Positions 44,974 through 58,300 of a stretch of DNA of 64,000 nt are shown here, in pieces. A model generated the notes under the pieces. The model did no database searches. It had not been told where the DNA came from and was given only the letters and a program-made list of their open reading frames with translations. Numbering within the stretch: position 1 is the stretch's first letter; the number at the start of each line of letters is the position of its first letter. Position numbers and translations under genes: made by a program. Source of the stretch: Hydrurus foetidus (lineage: Eukaryota); NCBI GenBank assembly GCA_900617105.1, contig UYFQ01000004.1, forward strand, positions 1 to 64,000. Direction: 5' to 3'.

Positions 44974-47163
44974 ATGGTTTCCACGCCCCCTCCTCCGACT
45001 CCTCCCCCGCAACCCAAGCCCAGCACCTGGCGCCTGGGTGAACACAGCGTCCATTTCGACCCGCTGCTGGACAGCGTGGTGGCGATTGCGCGCATCTTCG
45101 GCATTTCCACCAGCCAAGAAGCCCTGTCCGCCGGACTGCCACTGGAAAGCAATCTGATCACCCCAGCGCTGCTGCCACGTGCAGCGGCTCGTGCGGGCCT
45201 GACTGCGCGGCTGGCGCGCCGATCACTCGCCGACCTCCGGCCTGGGCTACTGCCCGTGATCCTGATGCTCAAGGAGAAGCAGGCCTGCCTGCTGCTGGAA
45301 TGGACGGACGACGGGCAGGCGCGCGTGCGATTCCCCGAGAGCGGGGAATCGGGCGATGTGCTGCCCAAGGAAGAGCTGGAAGCGCTGTTCGCTGGTGTCG
45401 TGTTTTTTGTGCGGCCCGTGTTCAAGTTCGATCCACGTAGCCCGCAAACCGGACAGATCAAATCGCGCCACTGGTTTTGGAGCGTGGTGTTTCAGAACTG
45501 GCGCCTGTACCGCGACAGTCTGCTGGCTGCCCTGTTGATCAATTTGTTTGCGCTGGCCATGCCTATGTTCTCCATGACGGTGTATGACCGCGTGGTACCG
45601 AACCGGGCGGAAGAAACACTGTGGGTGCTGGCCCTGGGCGTGCTGGTGATGATATGTTTTGATGCGGCACTGCGCGTGCTGCGCGCCTACATCCTGGACA
45701 CCGCGGGCAAGCGCATCGACGTGACCCTGTCGTCACGCATCATGGAGCGGGTATTGGGCCTGCGCATGGCGGACCGCCCAGCCTCAGTAGGCTCGTTTGC
45801 GGCCAATCTGCGGGCATTCGAGTCGGTGCGTGACTTTGTGGCTTCCGCCTCCATCACCACGCTGGTGGACTTGCCTTTCGTGCTGGTGTTTTTTATCGTT
45901 ATCGCATGGATTTCACCTTGGCTGGTGCTACCCCCGCTGGTGTGCATTGGCATGCTGCTGGCAGCGTCACTGGTGGTGCAACAAAAGATGCAGGAGCTGG
46001 TGGACGTCACCCAGCGCGCATCCTCCCAACGCAACGCCACATTGGTGGAGAGCCTGGTGGGCATTGAGACGATCAAGTTCATGGTGGCCGAGAGCGCCTT
46101 CCAGCGCAAATGGGAACAGTCCACCGTGTTTCTGGCACAAAACAGCACCAAGCTCAAGCTGCTGTCCAACGCCACCTTGAACTTCGCACAAATGATGCAG
46201 CAACTGGTGTCGGTCACCACGGTCATTGTGGGCGTCTACCTGCTATTGGCCAACCAGATCAGCATGGGCGCCATCATCGCGGCCTCCATGCTGGCGGGGC
46301 GCGCCATGGCACCGTTTGGTCAGGTGGCGGGGCTGCTCATGCAATACCACAATGCCAAGAGCGGGCTGGCGTCCATTGCCAACCACATGCAGACCCAGCC
46401 CGAACGCGCGGACGACGCGGCATTTCTGCACCGCGCAGGCTTTCAGGGCACCATCGAATTCAAGAACGTCAGTTTCTCCTACCCCGGTCAACAGCAGGCG
46501 GTGCTGAGCCGTGTGTCATTCAAGATCCATGCGGGGGAGAAGGTCGCCTTCATTGGCCGTGTGGGTTCGGGAAAATCCACCATCCAGCGCTTGATCCTGG
46601 GCTTGCACCTGCCCACCGAAGGTGCCATCCTGATTGACGGCATAGACCTGCGACAAATTGATCCCGCCGAGTTGCGCCGGGCTGCGGGTTTTGTCTCACA
46701 AGATGTCAGTTTGTTTTACGGGACGCTGAAAGAAAACATCGCGCTCGGCGCCCCCTACGCCGATGACCAGGATGTGATCGCAGCGGCCGAAATTGCCGGT
46801 GTTACCGAGTTTGCCAATCGCCACCCCCGCGGCTTTGACATGCCCATTGGGGAGCGCGGTGAATCCCTCTCGGGTGGACAACGCCAGGCCGTGGGCATTG
46901 CCCGCGCCGTGCTCAATGACTCGCCCATCCTGTTGCTGGACGAACCTAGCAGCGCCATGGACCACCAGAGTGAAGACCTGCTCAAGGCGCGCCTACGGCG
47001 CTTCACCATCGGCAAGACCGTGGTGCTGGTGACCCACCGCACGTCGCTGCTGGAATTGGTGGACCGCCTGATCGTGATTGACAACGGCCAAATCATGGCC
47101 GACGGCCCCAAGGCCCAGGTGGTGGAAGCGCTGCAAAGCGGCCGCATTGGGAGGGCCGCGTGA
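44974..47163 (+). CDS. Type I secretion permease/ATPase (LapB/LssB-like, C39-like domain)
   Basis: DPLLDS, HWFW, VYDRVVPN, GRVGSGKST, LSGGQRQ, LLLDEP. Confidence 0.95.
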   Translation: MVSTPPPPTPPPQPKPSTWRLGEHSVHFDPLLDSVVAIARIFGISTSQEALSAGLPLESNLITPALLPRAAARAGLTARLARRSLADLRPGLLPVILMLKEKQACLLLEWTDDGQARVRFPESGESGDVLPKEELEALFAGVVFFVRPVFKFDPRSPQTGQIKSRHWFWSVVFQNWRLYRDSLLAALLINLFALAMPMFSMTVYDRVVPNRAEETLWVLALGVLVMICFDAALRVLRAYILDTAGKRIDVTLSSRIMERVLGLRMADRPASVGSFAANLRAFESVRDFVASASITTLVDLPFVLVFFIVIAWISPWLVLPPLVCIGMLLAASLVVQQKMQELVDVTQRASSQRNATLVESLVGIETIKFMVAESAFQRKWEQSTVFLAQNSTKLKLLSNATLNFAQMMQQLVSVTTVIVGVYLLLANQISMGAIIAASMLAGRAMAPFGQVAGLLMQYHNAKSGLASIANHMQTQPERADDAAFLHRAGFQGTIEFKNVSFSYPGQQQAVLSRVSFKIHAGEKVAFIGRVGSGKSTIQRLILGLHLPTEGAILIDGIDLRQIDPAELRRAAGFVSQDVSLFYGTLKENIALGAPYADDQDVIAAAEIAGVTEFANRHPRGFDMPIGERGESLSGGQRQAVGIARAVLNDSPILLLDEPSSAMDHQSEDLLKARLRRFTIGKTVVLVTHRTSLLELVDRLIVIDNGQIMADGPKAQVVEALQSGRIGRAA

Positions 47164-48584
47164 TGGCAACGGCTCCCGCTGATCCGAAATTCCCCAAGCT
47201 CATGGCTTGGTGGGGGCGCTTTTACGGTTGGTGCTCGCGCTGGATAGACCGTGGCCTGCTGGCCATCACGGGGCGGCACAACGACCAGGACAGCGACTTC
47301 GATGCCAACGCCGACTGGGCGATTGCGGAACAGACGCCCAAGGGCGCGCGCATCCTGATCTGGCTCAGCCTGATCGCCGTGCTGGTGCTGCTGCTGTGGT
47401 CCGCATTTGCCGTGCTGGATGAGGTCACGCGCGGTGAAGGCAAGGTAATTCCATCTCGCCAAATCCAGATTTTGCAGAGCCTGGACGGCGGCATTGTGTC
47501 CGAGATCTTGGCGCGCGAAGGCCAGGTCGTGAAAGTCGGTGACTTGCTGCTCAAGGTGGACCCTACGCGCATGGTGTCGTCGCTGCGCGAAAACCAATCG
47601 CAATACCTGTCGCTGCTGGCCAAGGCCGCGCGCCTGCGTGCGCTGGCCGAAGGCTCTCGCTTTGTTCCACCCCAGGAAGTCTCCAAGCAAGCCGCCGAAA
47701 TCGTGGAGCAGGAACGCACGCTTTATGAGTCGCGCAGGGCCGAACTGGATGCCACGATCGGTGTTGCCCGGCAGCAGTCCACCCAACGGTCTCAAGAGCT
47801 GATTTCCATCCGCGCGCGGCGAGAGCAAGCCGCGCAAAGCTACAACCTGACCGCCCGGGAACTGGAGATGACGCGGCCATTGGCAAAAACCGGAGCGGTG
47901 TCGGATGTGGAGCTGTTGCGCCTGGAGCGCGACGTGGCCCGCTACCGGGGTGAGCGAGATAGTGCGAGCTCGGATATCCCGCGCCTGGAGTCGGCCGTTG
48001 CCGAGGCGAACCGCAAGATCCAGGAAGTGGAACTCACCTTTCGCAACATCGCTCGCTCTGAAATGAGCGAGGTAAATGCCAAACTCAGTGCCTTGTCAGA
48101 AAGCAGTGCCGCCCTGGAAGACCGGGTGAAACAGACCGAGATTCGTTCGCCGGTGAATGGGACTGTCAAGCAACTCAAGGTCAACACGGTAGGCGGCGTA
48201 GTGCAACCCGGCAAGGACGTGATTGAACTGGTGCCCTCGGACGATGCCCTGCTGCTGGAGGCCAGGGTGCTGCCGCGGGACATTGCGTTCCTTCGACCAG
48301 GCCAAAAAGCATTGGTTAAATTCACGGCCTATGACTTTGCCGTGTACGGTGGGCTGGAAGCCACATTGGAGCAAATCGGTGCAGACAGCGTGGTCGACGA
48401 GAAGGGTAACGCCTACTTTGTCGTGCGCGTGCGCACACTGTCCAACAGCATTGGGCCGCAGAAATTCCCCATCATTCCCGGCATGGTCGCAGAGGTAGAC
48501 ATCCTCACGGGCAAGAAGTCGGTACTGTCGTATTTGCTGAAACCCATCTTGCGGGCCCGCGCAAAGGCGATGACTGAACGATGA
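47163..48584 (+). CDS. HlyD-family T1SS membrane fusion protein (LapC-like)
   Basis: DEVTRGEGKVIPS, QSLDGGIV, IRSPVNG, AYDFAVYGGL, PGMVAEVDILTG. Confidence 0.95.
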   Translation: MATAPADPKFPKLMAWWGRFYGWCSRWIDRGLLAITGRHNDQDSDFDANADWAIAEQTPKGARILIWLSLIAVLVLLLWSAFAVLDEVTRGEGKVIPSRQIQILQSLDGGIVSEILAREGQVVKVGDLLLKVDPTRMVSSLRENQSQYLSLLAKAARLRALAEGSRFVPPQEVSKQAAEIVEQERTLYESRRAELDATIGVARQQSTQRSQELISIRARREQAAQSYNLTARELEMTRPLAKTGAVSDVELLRLERDVARYRGERDSASSDIPRLESAVAEANRKIQEVELTFRNIARSEMSEVNAKLSALSESSAALEDRVKQTEIRSPVNGTVKQLKVNTVGGVVQPGKDVIELVPSDDALLLEARVLPRDIAFLRPGQKALVKFTAYDFAVYGGLEATLEQIGADSVVDEKGNAYFVVRVRTLSNSIGPQKFPIIPGMVAEVDILTGKKSVLSYLLKPILRARAKAMTER

Positions 48585-49219
48585 ACGGAGCCAAGGCCTG
48601 GGTGTATGCGACGCGCGACGCGGGGTTGCGCTTGCACTGGCAAAAAGCGTTGGGGCACCCGAAAGCGTTTCTGGCGGCGAGCTTTCGAGAACTGGCTGAC
48701 CTCACTTTGCCCGACGGAGCCCAGATCTGGGTCGATTTGTCAGTGCCTGACCTGCCAAGATGGCAGGATCCCGCGTGGAAGGCACTGTGGAGCGAGCGAG
48801 GCCACCGCGTCATTGCGGCCAGCTCTAACCCCAAGGATGATGAGGCCATGGCGGCCCTGGATGCCGGATGTGCCGGGTATTGCCATGCGTATTCAGACGC
48901 GACCACCCTGCGCCAAATCCAACAAGTGATTCAAACAGGACATGTCTGGATTGGCCCCGCATTGATGCAAAGGCTGATCCGTGGCGCCAACCAGGCCGCA
49001 GCCTTGGTTCGCGCACCCGCGCTCGACTGGCGCAACGTGCTGACACACCGGGAAACAGAAATAGCTGTTATGGCAGCCAAAGGGGCGTCCAATCTGAACA
49101 TTGCCACAGCCTGTGGAATTTCCGAGCGCACGGTAAAAGCCCATTTGAGTGCTGCATTTGACAAGCTGGGCGTCTCTGACCGCCTTCAGCTGGCACTGAA
49201 AGTCCACGGAATTCAGTAA
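48581..49219 (+). CDS. LuxR/NarL-family regulator with a degenerate receiver-like N-terminus
   Basis: C-terminal LTHRETEIA...GASNLNIA...ISERTVKAHLSAAFDKLGVSDRLQLAL; ATGA overlap with the MFP stop. Confidence 0.88.
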   Translation: MNGAKAWVYATRDAGLRLHWQKALGHPKAFLAASFRELADLTLPDGAQIWVDLSVPDLPRWQDPAWKALWSERGHRVIAASSNPKDDEAMAALDAGCAGYCHAYSDATTLRQIQQVIQTGHVWIGPALMQRLIRGANQAAALVRAPALDWRNVLTHRETEIAVMAAKGASNLNIATACGISERTVKAHLSAAFDKLGVSDRLQLALKVHGIQ

Positions 49220-49311
49220 AAACACACCAAACCTGTACCCAAGGACAATAGCCGCGCACGCCACCATCCCCTAGAGTCAGCTGATCCAATTAGTTGAATT
49301 CCGGAGTTTTC

Positions 49312-52300
49312 ATGGCTGCCAATCAAGTTTCCGCCCAAGCACGTGGTGTTGTCGTCGTTCTACAAGGCAACGCCTGGATCGTGAACCCGGACGGTAGTCG
49401 CAAAGTACTGCACTTGGGCGATGAGGTACAAGAAGGCCAAGTCATTGCCACAGAAGATGGCACACGGCTCGAACTGGCCATGCCCCATGACCAGCTCATT
49501 ACGGTCGAATCCGGCCGCGAACTGCTGATTGACGCAAACCTGCTGGGAAGCCTCAAGACAGACCCCACAGAAGCCGCGCTCAAAGACCTGAATAGTGGTG
49601 CAGAGGCCGTTGCCAAAGTCCTGGCCAGTGGCACGGGCGACCTATCAGCAGAGTTGGATGCTACCGCCGCTGGCCTCTCCGGTGGAGATGCCAGCGACTC
49701 ACACAGCTTTGTCCGCTTGCTTCGCATCAGCGAAGAATTGACGTCACTTGGCATCCAACGCGATAACAACCAACCAGACTCAGCAGAATTTGACCCCACT
49801 GGTGCTACGAATCCGCCTTCCGGCACCACCGCGTCTGGAACGACAACACCACCTGGCGCCCCCAGCGTCACTATTCCAGATGACAACGGACCGGGTTTTT
49901 CCGGGAACAAGACTGTCGCCGAGACCGATGGCCCCATCCCCGGCAAATTCACGGTCACCGCCCCTGCGGGCTTGGTCAGTATTTCCGTGGGTGGCACCAC
50001 GCTCAGCGCCGCCAACCTCTCCGCACTGGACACGACCCCAGTCACCATCACCACCGCCGATGGTAAGTTGGTGCTCAATGGCTACTCTGCGGCCACCGGC
50101 ACGGTCAGCTATACCTTTGATCCCGTGGTGCACACCTCCAATGCCTCCGTCACGGCGGTCTTGCCGATCACCGCCACCGATTCCCTGGGCACCACCAGCC
50201 CTTCCAACAGTCTGAACATCGTCATCACCGACAGCCAGCCCGTCGCCCTCAATGACTCCGCCTCGGTCACCGAGGACGCCACGCCCAATACGGTCACTGG
50301 CTCCGTGCTCTCCAACGACACCGTGGGCGCCGATTCCAACGCCAACCCCGTCACCGCAGCCAACGTCACCCTGGCACACGGCGCCCTGGTGCTCAATGCC
50401 GATGGCTCTTACACCTATACGCTGGACAACACTAATGCGGCCGTCAACGCCCTGAACAACGGCCAGACGCTCACCGATTCCTATACCTACACGCTGACCG
50501 ATGGCGACGCCTCCACCACTACCGCCTCCCTGTCCATCACCATCAATGGCTCCAACGATGTGCCCACCATCGGCTCCGGTGTGGGCGTGAGCTCCGGCTC
50601 CGCGCTGGAAGCCGGGGGCGTGGCCAACGCCGTCTTGGGCTCCCCCAACACGGGCGGCACCCTCTCCATCAACGATGCCGATTCCGCTCAGTCCAGCTTC
50701 ACCGCTCCCGCCCCTGCCAGCCTCACAGGCACTTACGGCACCTTCACTTTCAACGCCAGCTCCGGCGTGTGGTCCTACGCGCTGGATAACACCAAGCCCG
50801 CCACCCAGGCCCTCAACGCCGCCCAGGTGGTGCATGACACCCTGACGGTCACCAGCCTGGACGGCTCCGCCAGCCGCACCATCGATGTCACCGTCACCGG
50901 GGCCAACGACACCGCCGCCATCACCGGCTCCTCCACCGGCACCATGGCCGAAGACACCAGCGTCACCTCCGGCAACCTCACCACCAGCGGCACCCTCTCC
51001 GTCGCCGATGTCGACTTCGGTCAGGCCGTCTTTGCAACCCCCGCCACGCTGGCAGGTACCTACGGCTCCTTTACGTTTGACACCACCTCCGGTGCCTGGA
51101 CCTACGCCGCCAACAACGCACAAAGCGCCGTGCAGGCCCTGGGTCTGGGTCAGTCCCTCACCGACACCATCACCGTCAAGAGCTTGGATGGCACCGCCTC
51201 CCAAGCCATCACCGTCACCATCAATGGCTCCAACGATGTGCCCACCATCGGCTCCGGTGTGGGCGTGAGCTCCGGCTCCGCGCTGGAAGCCGGGGGCGTG
51301 GCCAACGCCGTCTTGGGCTCCCCCAACACGGGCGGCACCCTCTCCATCAACGATGCCGATTCCGCTCAGTCCAGCTTCACCGCTCCCGCCCCTGCCAGCC
51401 TCACAGGCACTTACGGCACCTTCACTTTCAACGCCAGCTCCGGCGTGTGGTCCTACGCGCTGGATAACACCAAGCCCGCCACCCAGGCCCTCAACGCCGC
51501 CCAGGTGGTGCATGACACCCTGACGGTCACCAGCCTGGACGGCTCCGCCAGCCGCACCATCGATGTCACCGTCACCGGGGCCAACGACACCGCCGCCATC
51601 ACCGGCTCCTCCACCGGCACCATGGCCGAAGACACCAGCGTCACCTCCGGCAACCTCACCACCAGCGGCACCCTCTCCGTCGCCGATGTCGACTTCGGTC
51701 AGGCCGTCTTTGCAACCCCCGCCACGCTGGCAGGTACCTACGGCTCCTTTACGTTTGACACCACCTCCGGTGCCTGGACCTACGCCGCCAACAACGCACA
51801 AAGCGCCGTGCAGGCCCTGGGTCTGGGTCAGTCCCTCACCGACACCATCACCGTCAAGAGCTTGGATGGCACTGCCTCCCAAGCCATCACCGTCACCATC
51901 AATGGCTCCAACGATGTGCCCACCATCGGCTCCGGTGTGGGCGTGAGCTCCGGCTCCGCGCTGGAAGCCGGGGGCGTGGCCAACGCCGTCTTGGGCTCCC
52001 CCAACACGGGCGGCACCCTCTCCATCAACGATGCCGATTCCGCTCAGTCCAGCTTCACCGCTCCCGCCCCTGCCAGCCTCACAGGCACTTACGGCACCTT
52101 CACTTTCAACGCCAGCTCCGGCGTGTGGTCCTACGCGCTGGATAACACCAAGCCCGCCACCCAGGCCCTCAACGCCGCCCAGGTGGTGCATGACACCCTG
52201 ACGGTCACCAGCCTGGACGGCTCCGCCAGCCGCACCATCGATGTCACCGTCACCGGGGCCAACGACACCGCCGCCATCACCGGCTCCTCCACCGGCACCA

Positions 52301-55300
52301 TGGCCGAAGACACCAGCGTCACCTCCGGCAACCTCACCACCAGCGGCACCCTCTCCGTCGCCGATGTCGACTTCGGTCAGGCCGTCTTTGCAACCCCCGC
52401 CACGCTGGCAGGTACCTACGGCTCCTTTACGTTTGACACCACCTCCGGTGCCTGGACCTACGCCGCCAACAACGCACAAAGCGCCGTGCAGGCCCTGGGT
52501 CTGGGTCAGTCCCTCACCGACACCATCACCGTCAAGAGCTTGGATGGCACTGCCTCCCAAGCCATCACCGTCACCATCAATGGCTCCAACGATGTGCCCA
52601 CCATCGGCTCCGGTGTGGGCGTGAGCTCCGGCTCCGCGCTGGAAGCCGGGGGCGTGGCCAACGCCGTCTTGGGCTCCCCCAACACGGGCGGCACCCTCTC
52701 CATCAACGATGCCGATTCCGCTCAGTCCAGCTTCACCGCTCCCGCCCCTGCCAGCCTCACAGGCACTTACGGCACCTTCACTTTCAACGCCAGCTCCGGC
52801 GTGTGGTCCTACGCGCTGGATAACACCAAGCCCGCCACCCAGGCCCTCAACGCCGCCCAGGTGGTGCATGACACCCTGACGGTCACCAGCCTGGACGGCT
52901 CCGCCAGCCGCACCATCGATGTCACCGTCACCGGGGCCAACGACACCGCCGCCATCACCGGCTCCTCCACCGGCACCATGGCCGAAGACACCAGCGTCAC
53001 CTCCGGCAACCTCACCACCAGCGGCACCCTCTCCGTCGCCGATGTCGACTTCGGTCAGGCCGTCTTTGCAACCCCCGCCACGCTGGCAGGTACCTACTGC
53101 TCCTTTACGTTTGACACCACCTCCGGTGCCTGGACCTACGCCGCCAACAACGCACAAAGCGCCGTGCAGGCCCTGGGTCTGGGTCAGTCCCTCACCGACA
53201 CCATCACCGTCAAGAGCTTGGATGGCACCGCCTCCCAAGCCATCACCGTCACCATCAATGGCTCCAACGATGTGCCCACCATCGGCTCCGGTGTGGGCGT
53301 GAGCTCCGGCTCCGCGCTGGAAGCCGGGGGCGTGGCCAACGCCGTCTTGGGCTCCCCCAACACGGGCGGCACCCTCTCCATCAACGATGCCGATTCCGCT
53401 CAGTCCAGCTTCACCGCTCCCGCCCCTGCCAGCCTCACAGGCACTTACGGCACCTTCACTTTCAACGCCAGCTCCGGCGTGTGGTCCTACGCGCTGGATA
53501 ACACCAAGCCCGCCACCCAGGCCCTCAACGCCGCCCAGGTGGTGCATGACACCCTGACGGTCACCAGCCTGGACGGCTCCGCCAGCCGCACCATCGATGT
53601 CACCGTCACCGGGGCCAACGACACCGCCGCCATCACCGGCTCCTCCACCGGCACCATGGCCGAAGACACCAGCGTCACCTCCGGCAACCTCACCACCAGC
53701 GGCACCCTCTCCGTCGCCGATGTCGACTTCGGTCAGGCCGTCTTTGCAACCCCCGCCACGCTGGCAGGTACCTACGGCTCCTTTACGTTTGACACCACCT
53801 CCGGTGCCTGGACCTACGCCGCCAACAACGCACAAAGCGCCGTGCAGGCCCTGGGTCTGGGTCAGTCCCTCACCGACACCATCACCGTCAAGAGCTTGGA
53901 TGGCACTGCCTCCCAAGCCATCACCGTCACCATCAATGGCTCCAACGATGTGCCCACCATCGGCTCCGGTGTGGGCGTGAGCTCCGGCTCCGCGCTGGAA
54001 GCCGGGGGCGTGGCCAACGCCGTCTTGGGCTCCCCCAACACGGGCGGCACCCTCTCCATCAACGATGCCGATTCCGCTCAGTCCAGCTTCACCGCTCCCG
54101 CCCCTGCCAGCCTCACAGGCACTTACGGCACCTTCACTTTCAACGCCAGCTCCGGCGTGTGGTCCTACGCGCTGGATAACACCAAGCCCGCCACCCAGGC
54201 CCTCAACGCCGCCCAGGTGGTGCATGACACCCTGACGGTCACCAGCCTGGACGGCTCCGCCAGCCGCACCATCGATGTCACCGTCACCGGGGCCAACGAC
54301 ACCGCCGCCATCACCGGCTCCTCCACCGGCACCATGGCCGAAGACACCAGCGTCACCTCCGGCAACCTCACCACCAGCGGCACCCTCTCCGTCGCCGATG
54401 TCGACTTCGGTCAGGCCGTCTTTGCAACCCCCGCCACGCTGGCAGGTACCTACGGCTCCTTTACGTTTGACACCACCTCCGGTGCCTGGACCTACGCCGC
54501 CAACAACGCACAAAGCGCCGTGCAGGCCCTGGGTCTGGGTCAGTCCCTCACCGACACCATCACCGTCAAGAGCTTGGATGGCACCGCCTCCCAAGCCATC
54601 ACCGTCACCATCAATGGCTCCAACGATGTGCCCACCATCGGCTCCGGTGTGGGCGTGAGCTCCGGCTCCGCGCTGGAAGCCGGGGGCGTGGCCAACGCCG
54701 TCTTGGGCTCCCCCAACACGGGCGGCACCCTCTCCATCAACGATGCCGATTCCGCTCAGTCCAGCTTCACCGCTCCCGCCCCTGCCAGCCTCACAGGCAC
54801 TTACGGCACCTTCACTTTCAACGCCAGCTCCGGCGTGTGGTCCTACGCGCTGGATAACACCAAGCCCGCCACCCAGGCCCTCAACGCCGCCCAGGTGGTG
54901 CATGACACCCTGACGGTCACCAGCCTGGACGGCTCCGCCAGCCGCACCATCGATGTCACCGTCACCGGGGCCAACGACACCGCCGCCATCACCGGCTCCT
55001 CCACCGGCACCATGGCCGAAGACACCAGCGTCACCTCCGGCAACCTCACCACCAGCGGCACCCTCTCCGTCGCCGATGTCGACTTCGGTCAGGCCGTCTT
55101 TGCAACCCCCGCCACGCTGGCAGGTACCTACGGCTCCTTTACGTTTGACACCACCTCCGGTGCCTGGACCTACGCCGCCAACAACGCACAAAGCGCCGTG
55201 CAGGCCCTGGGTCTGGGTCAGTCCCTCACCGACACCATCACCGTCAAGAGCTTGGATGGCACTGCCTCCCAAGCCATCACCGTCACCATCAATGGCTCCA

Positions 55301-58300
55301 ACGATGTGCCCACCATCGGCTCCGGTGTGGGCGTGAGCTCCGGCTCCGCGCTGGAAGCCGGGGGCGTGGCCAACGCCGTCTTGGGCTCCCCCAACACGGG
55401 CGGCACCCTCTCCATCAACGATGCCGATTCCGCTCAGTCCAGCTTCACCGCTCCCGCCCCTGCCAGCCTCACAGGCACTTACGGCACCTTCACTTTCAAC
55501 GCCAGCTCCGGCGTGTGGTCCTACGCGCTGGATAACACCAAGCCCGCCACCCAGGCCCTCAACGCCGCCCAGGTGGTGCATGACACCCTGACGGTCACCA
55601 GCCTGGACGGCTCCGCCAGCCGCACCATCGATGTCACCGTCACCGGGGCCAACGACACCGCCGCCATCACCGGCTCCTCCACCGGCACCATGGCCGAAGA
55701 CACCAGCGTCACCTCCGGCAACCTCACCACCAGCGGCACCCTCTCCGTCGCCGATGTCGACTTCGGTCAGGCCGTCTTTGCAACCCCCGCCACGCTGGCA
55801 GGTACCTACGGCTCCTTTACGTTTGACACCACCTCCGGTGCCTGGACCTACGCCGCCAACAACGCACAAAGCGCCGTGCAGGCCCTGGGTCTGGGTCAGT
55901 CCCTCACCGACACCATCACCGTCAAGAGCTTGGATGGCACTGCCTCCCAAGCCATCACCGTCACCATCAATGGCTCCAACGATGTGCCCACCATCGGCTC
56001 CGGTGTGGGCGTGAGCTCCGGCTCCGCGCTGGAAGCCGGGGGCGTGGCCAACGCCGTCTTGGGCTCCCCCAACACGGGCGGCACCCTCTCCATCAACGAT
56101 GCCGATTCCGCTCAGTCCAGCTTCACCGCTCCCGCCCCTGCCAGCCTCACAGGCACTTACGGCACCTTCACTTTCAACGCCAGCTCCGGCGTGTGGTCCT
56201 ACGCGCTGGATAACACCAAGCCCGCCACCCAGGCCCTCAACGCCGCCCAGGTGGTGCATGACACCCTGACGGTCACCAGCCTGGACGGCTCCGCCAGCCG
56301 CACCATCGATGTCACCGTCACCGGGGCCAACGACACCGCCGCCATCACCGGCTCCTCCACCGGCACCATGGCCGAAGACACCAGCGTCACCTCCGGCAAC
56401 CTCACCACCAGCGGCACCCTCTCCGTCGCCGATGTCGACTTCGGTCAGGCCGTCTTTGCAACCCCCGCCACGCTGGCAGGTACCTACGGCTCCTTTACGT
56501 TTGACACCACCTCCGGTGCCTGGACCTACGCCGCCAACAACGCACAAAGCGCCGTGCAGGCCCTGGGTCTGGGTCAGTCCCTCACCGACACCATCACCGT
56601 CAAGAGCTTGGATGGCACCGCCTCCCAAGCCATCACCGTCACCATCAATGGCTCCAACGATGTGCCCACCATCGGCTCCGGTGTGGGCGTGAGCTCCGGC
56701 TCCGCGCTGGAAGCCGGGGGCGTGGCCAACGCCGTCTTGGGCTCCCCCAACACGGGCGGCACCCTCTCCATCAACGATGCCGATTCCGCTCAGTCCAGCT
56801 TCACCGCTCCCGCCCCTGCCAGCCTCACAGGCACTTACGGCACCTTCACTTTCAACGCCAGCTCCGGCGTGTGGTCCTACGCGCTGGATAACACCAAGCC
56901 CGCCACCCAGGCCCTCAACGCCGCCCAGGTGGTGCATGACACCCTGACGGTCACCAGCCTGGACGGCTCCGCCAGCCGCACCATCGATGTCACCGTCACC
57001 GGGGCCAACGACACCGCCGCCATCACCGGCTCCTCCACCGGCACCATGGCCGAAGACACCAGCGTCACCTCCGGCAACCTCACCACCAGCGGCACCCTCT
57101 CCGTCGCCGATGTCGACTTCGGTCAGGCCGTCTTTGCAACCCCCGCCACGCTGGCAGGTACCTACGGCTCCTTTACGTTTGACACCACCTCCGGTGCCTG
57201 GACCTACGCCGCCAACAACGCACAAAGCGCCGTGCAGGCCCTGGGTCTGGGTCAGTCCCTCACCGACACCATCACCGTCAAGAGCTTGGATGGCACTGCC
57301 TCCCAAGCCATCACCGTCACCATCAATGGCTCCAACGATGTGCCCACCATCGGCTCCGGTGTGGGCGTGAGCTCCGGCTCCGCGCTGGAAGCCGGGGGCG
57401 TGGCCAACGCCGTCTTGGGCTCCCCCAACACGGGCGGCACCCTCTCCATCAACGATGCCGATTCCGCTCAGTCCAGCTTCACCGCTCCCGCCCCTGCCAG
57501 CCTCACAGGCACTTACGGCACCTTCACTTTCAACGCCAGCTCCGGCGTGTGGTCCTACGCGCTGGATAACACCAAGCCCGCCACCCAGGCCCTCAACGCC
57601 GCCCAGGTGGTGCATGACACCCTGACGGTCACCAGCCTGGACGGCTCCGCCAGCCGCACCATCGATGTCACCGTCACCGGGGCCAACGACACCGCCGCCA
57701 TCACCGGCTCCTCCACCGGCACCATGGCCGAAGACACCAGCGTCACCTCCGGCAACCTCACCACCAGCGGCACCCTCTCCGTCGCCGATGTCGACTTCGG
57801 TCAGGCCGTCTTTGCAACCCCCGCCACGCTGGCAGGTACCTACGGCTCCTTTACGTTTGACACCACCTCCGGTGCCTGGACCTACGCCGCCAACAACGCA
57901 CAAAGCGCCGTGCAGGCCCTGGGTCTGGGTCAGTCCCTCACCGACACCATCACCGTCAAGAGCTTGGATGGCACCGCCTCCCAAGCCATCACCGTCACCA
58001 TCAATGGCTCCAACGATGTGCCCACCATCGGCTCCGGTGTGGGCGTGAGCTCCGGCTCCGCGCTGGAAGCCGGGGGCGTGGCCAACGCCGTCTTGGGCTC
58101 CCCCAACACGGGCGGCACCCTCTCCATCAACGATGCCGATTCCGCTCAGTCCAGCTTCACCGCTCCCGCCCCTGCCAGCCTCACAGGCACTTACGGCACC
58201 TTCACTTTCAACGCCAGCTCCGGCGTGTGGTCCTACGCGCTGGATAACACCAAGCCCGCCACCCAGGCCCTCAACGCCGCCCAGGTGGTGCATGACACCC

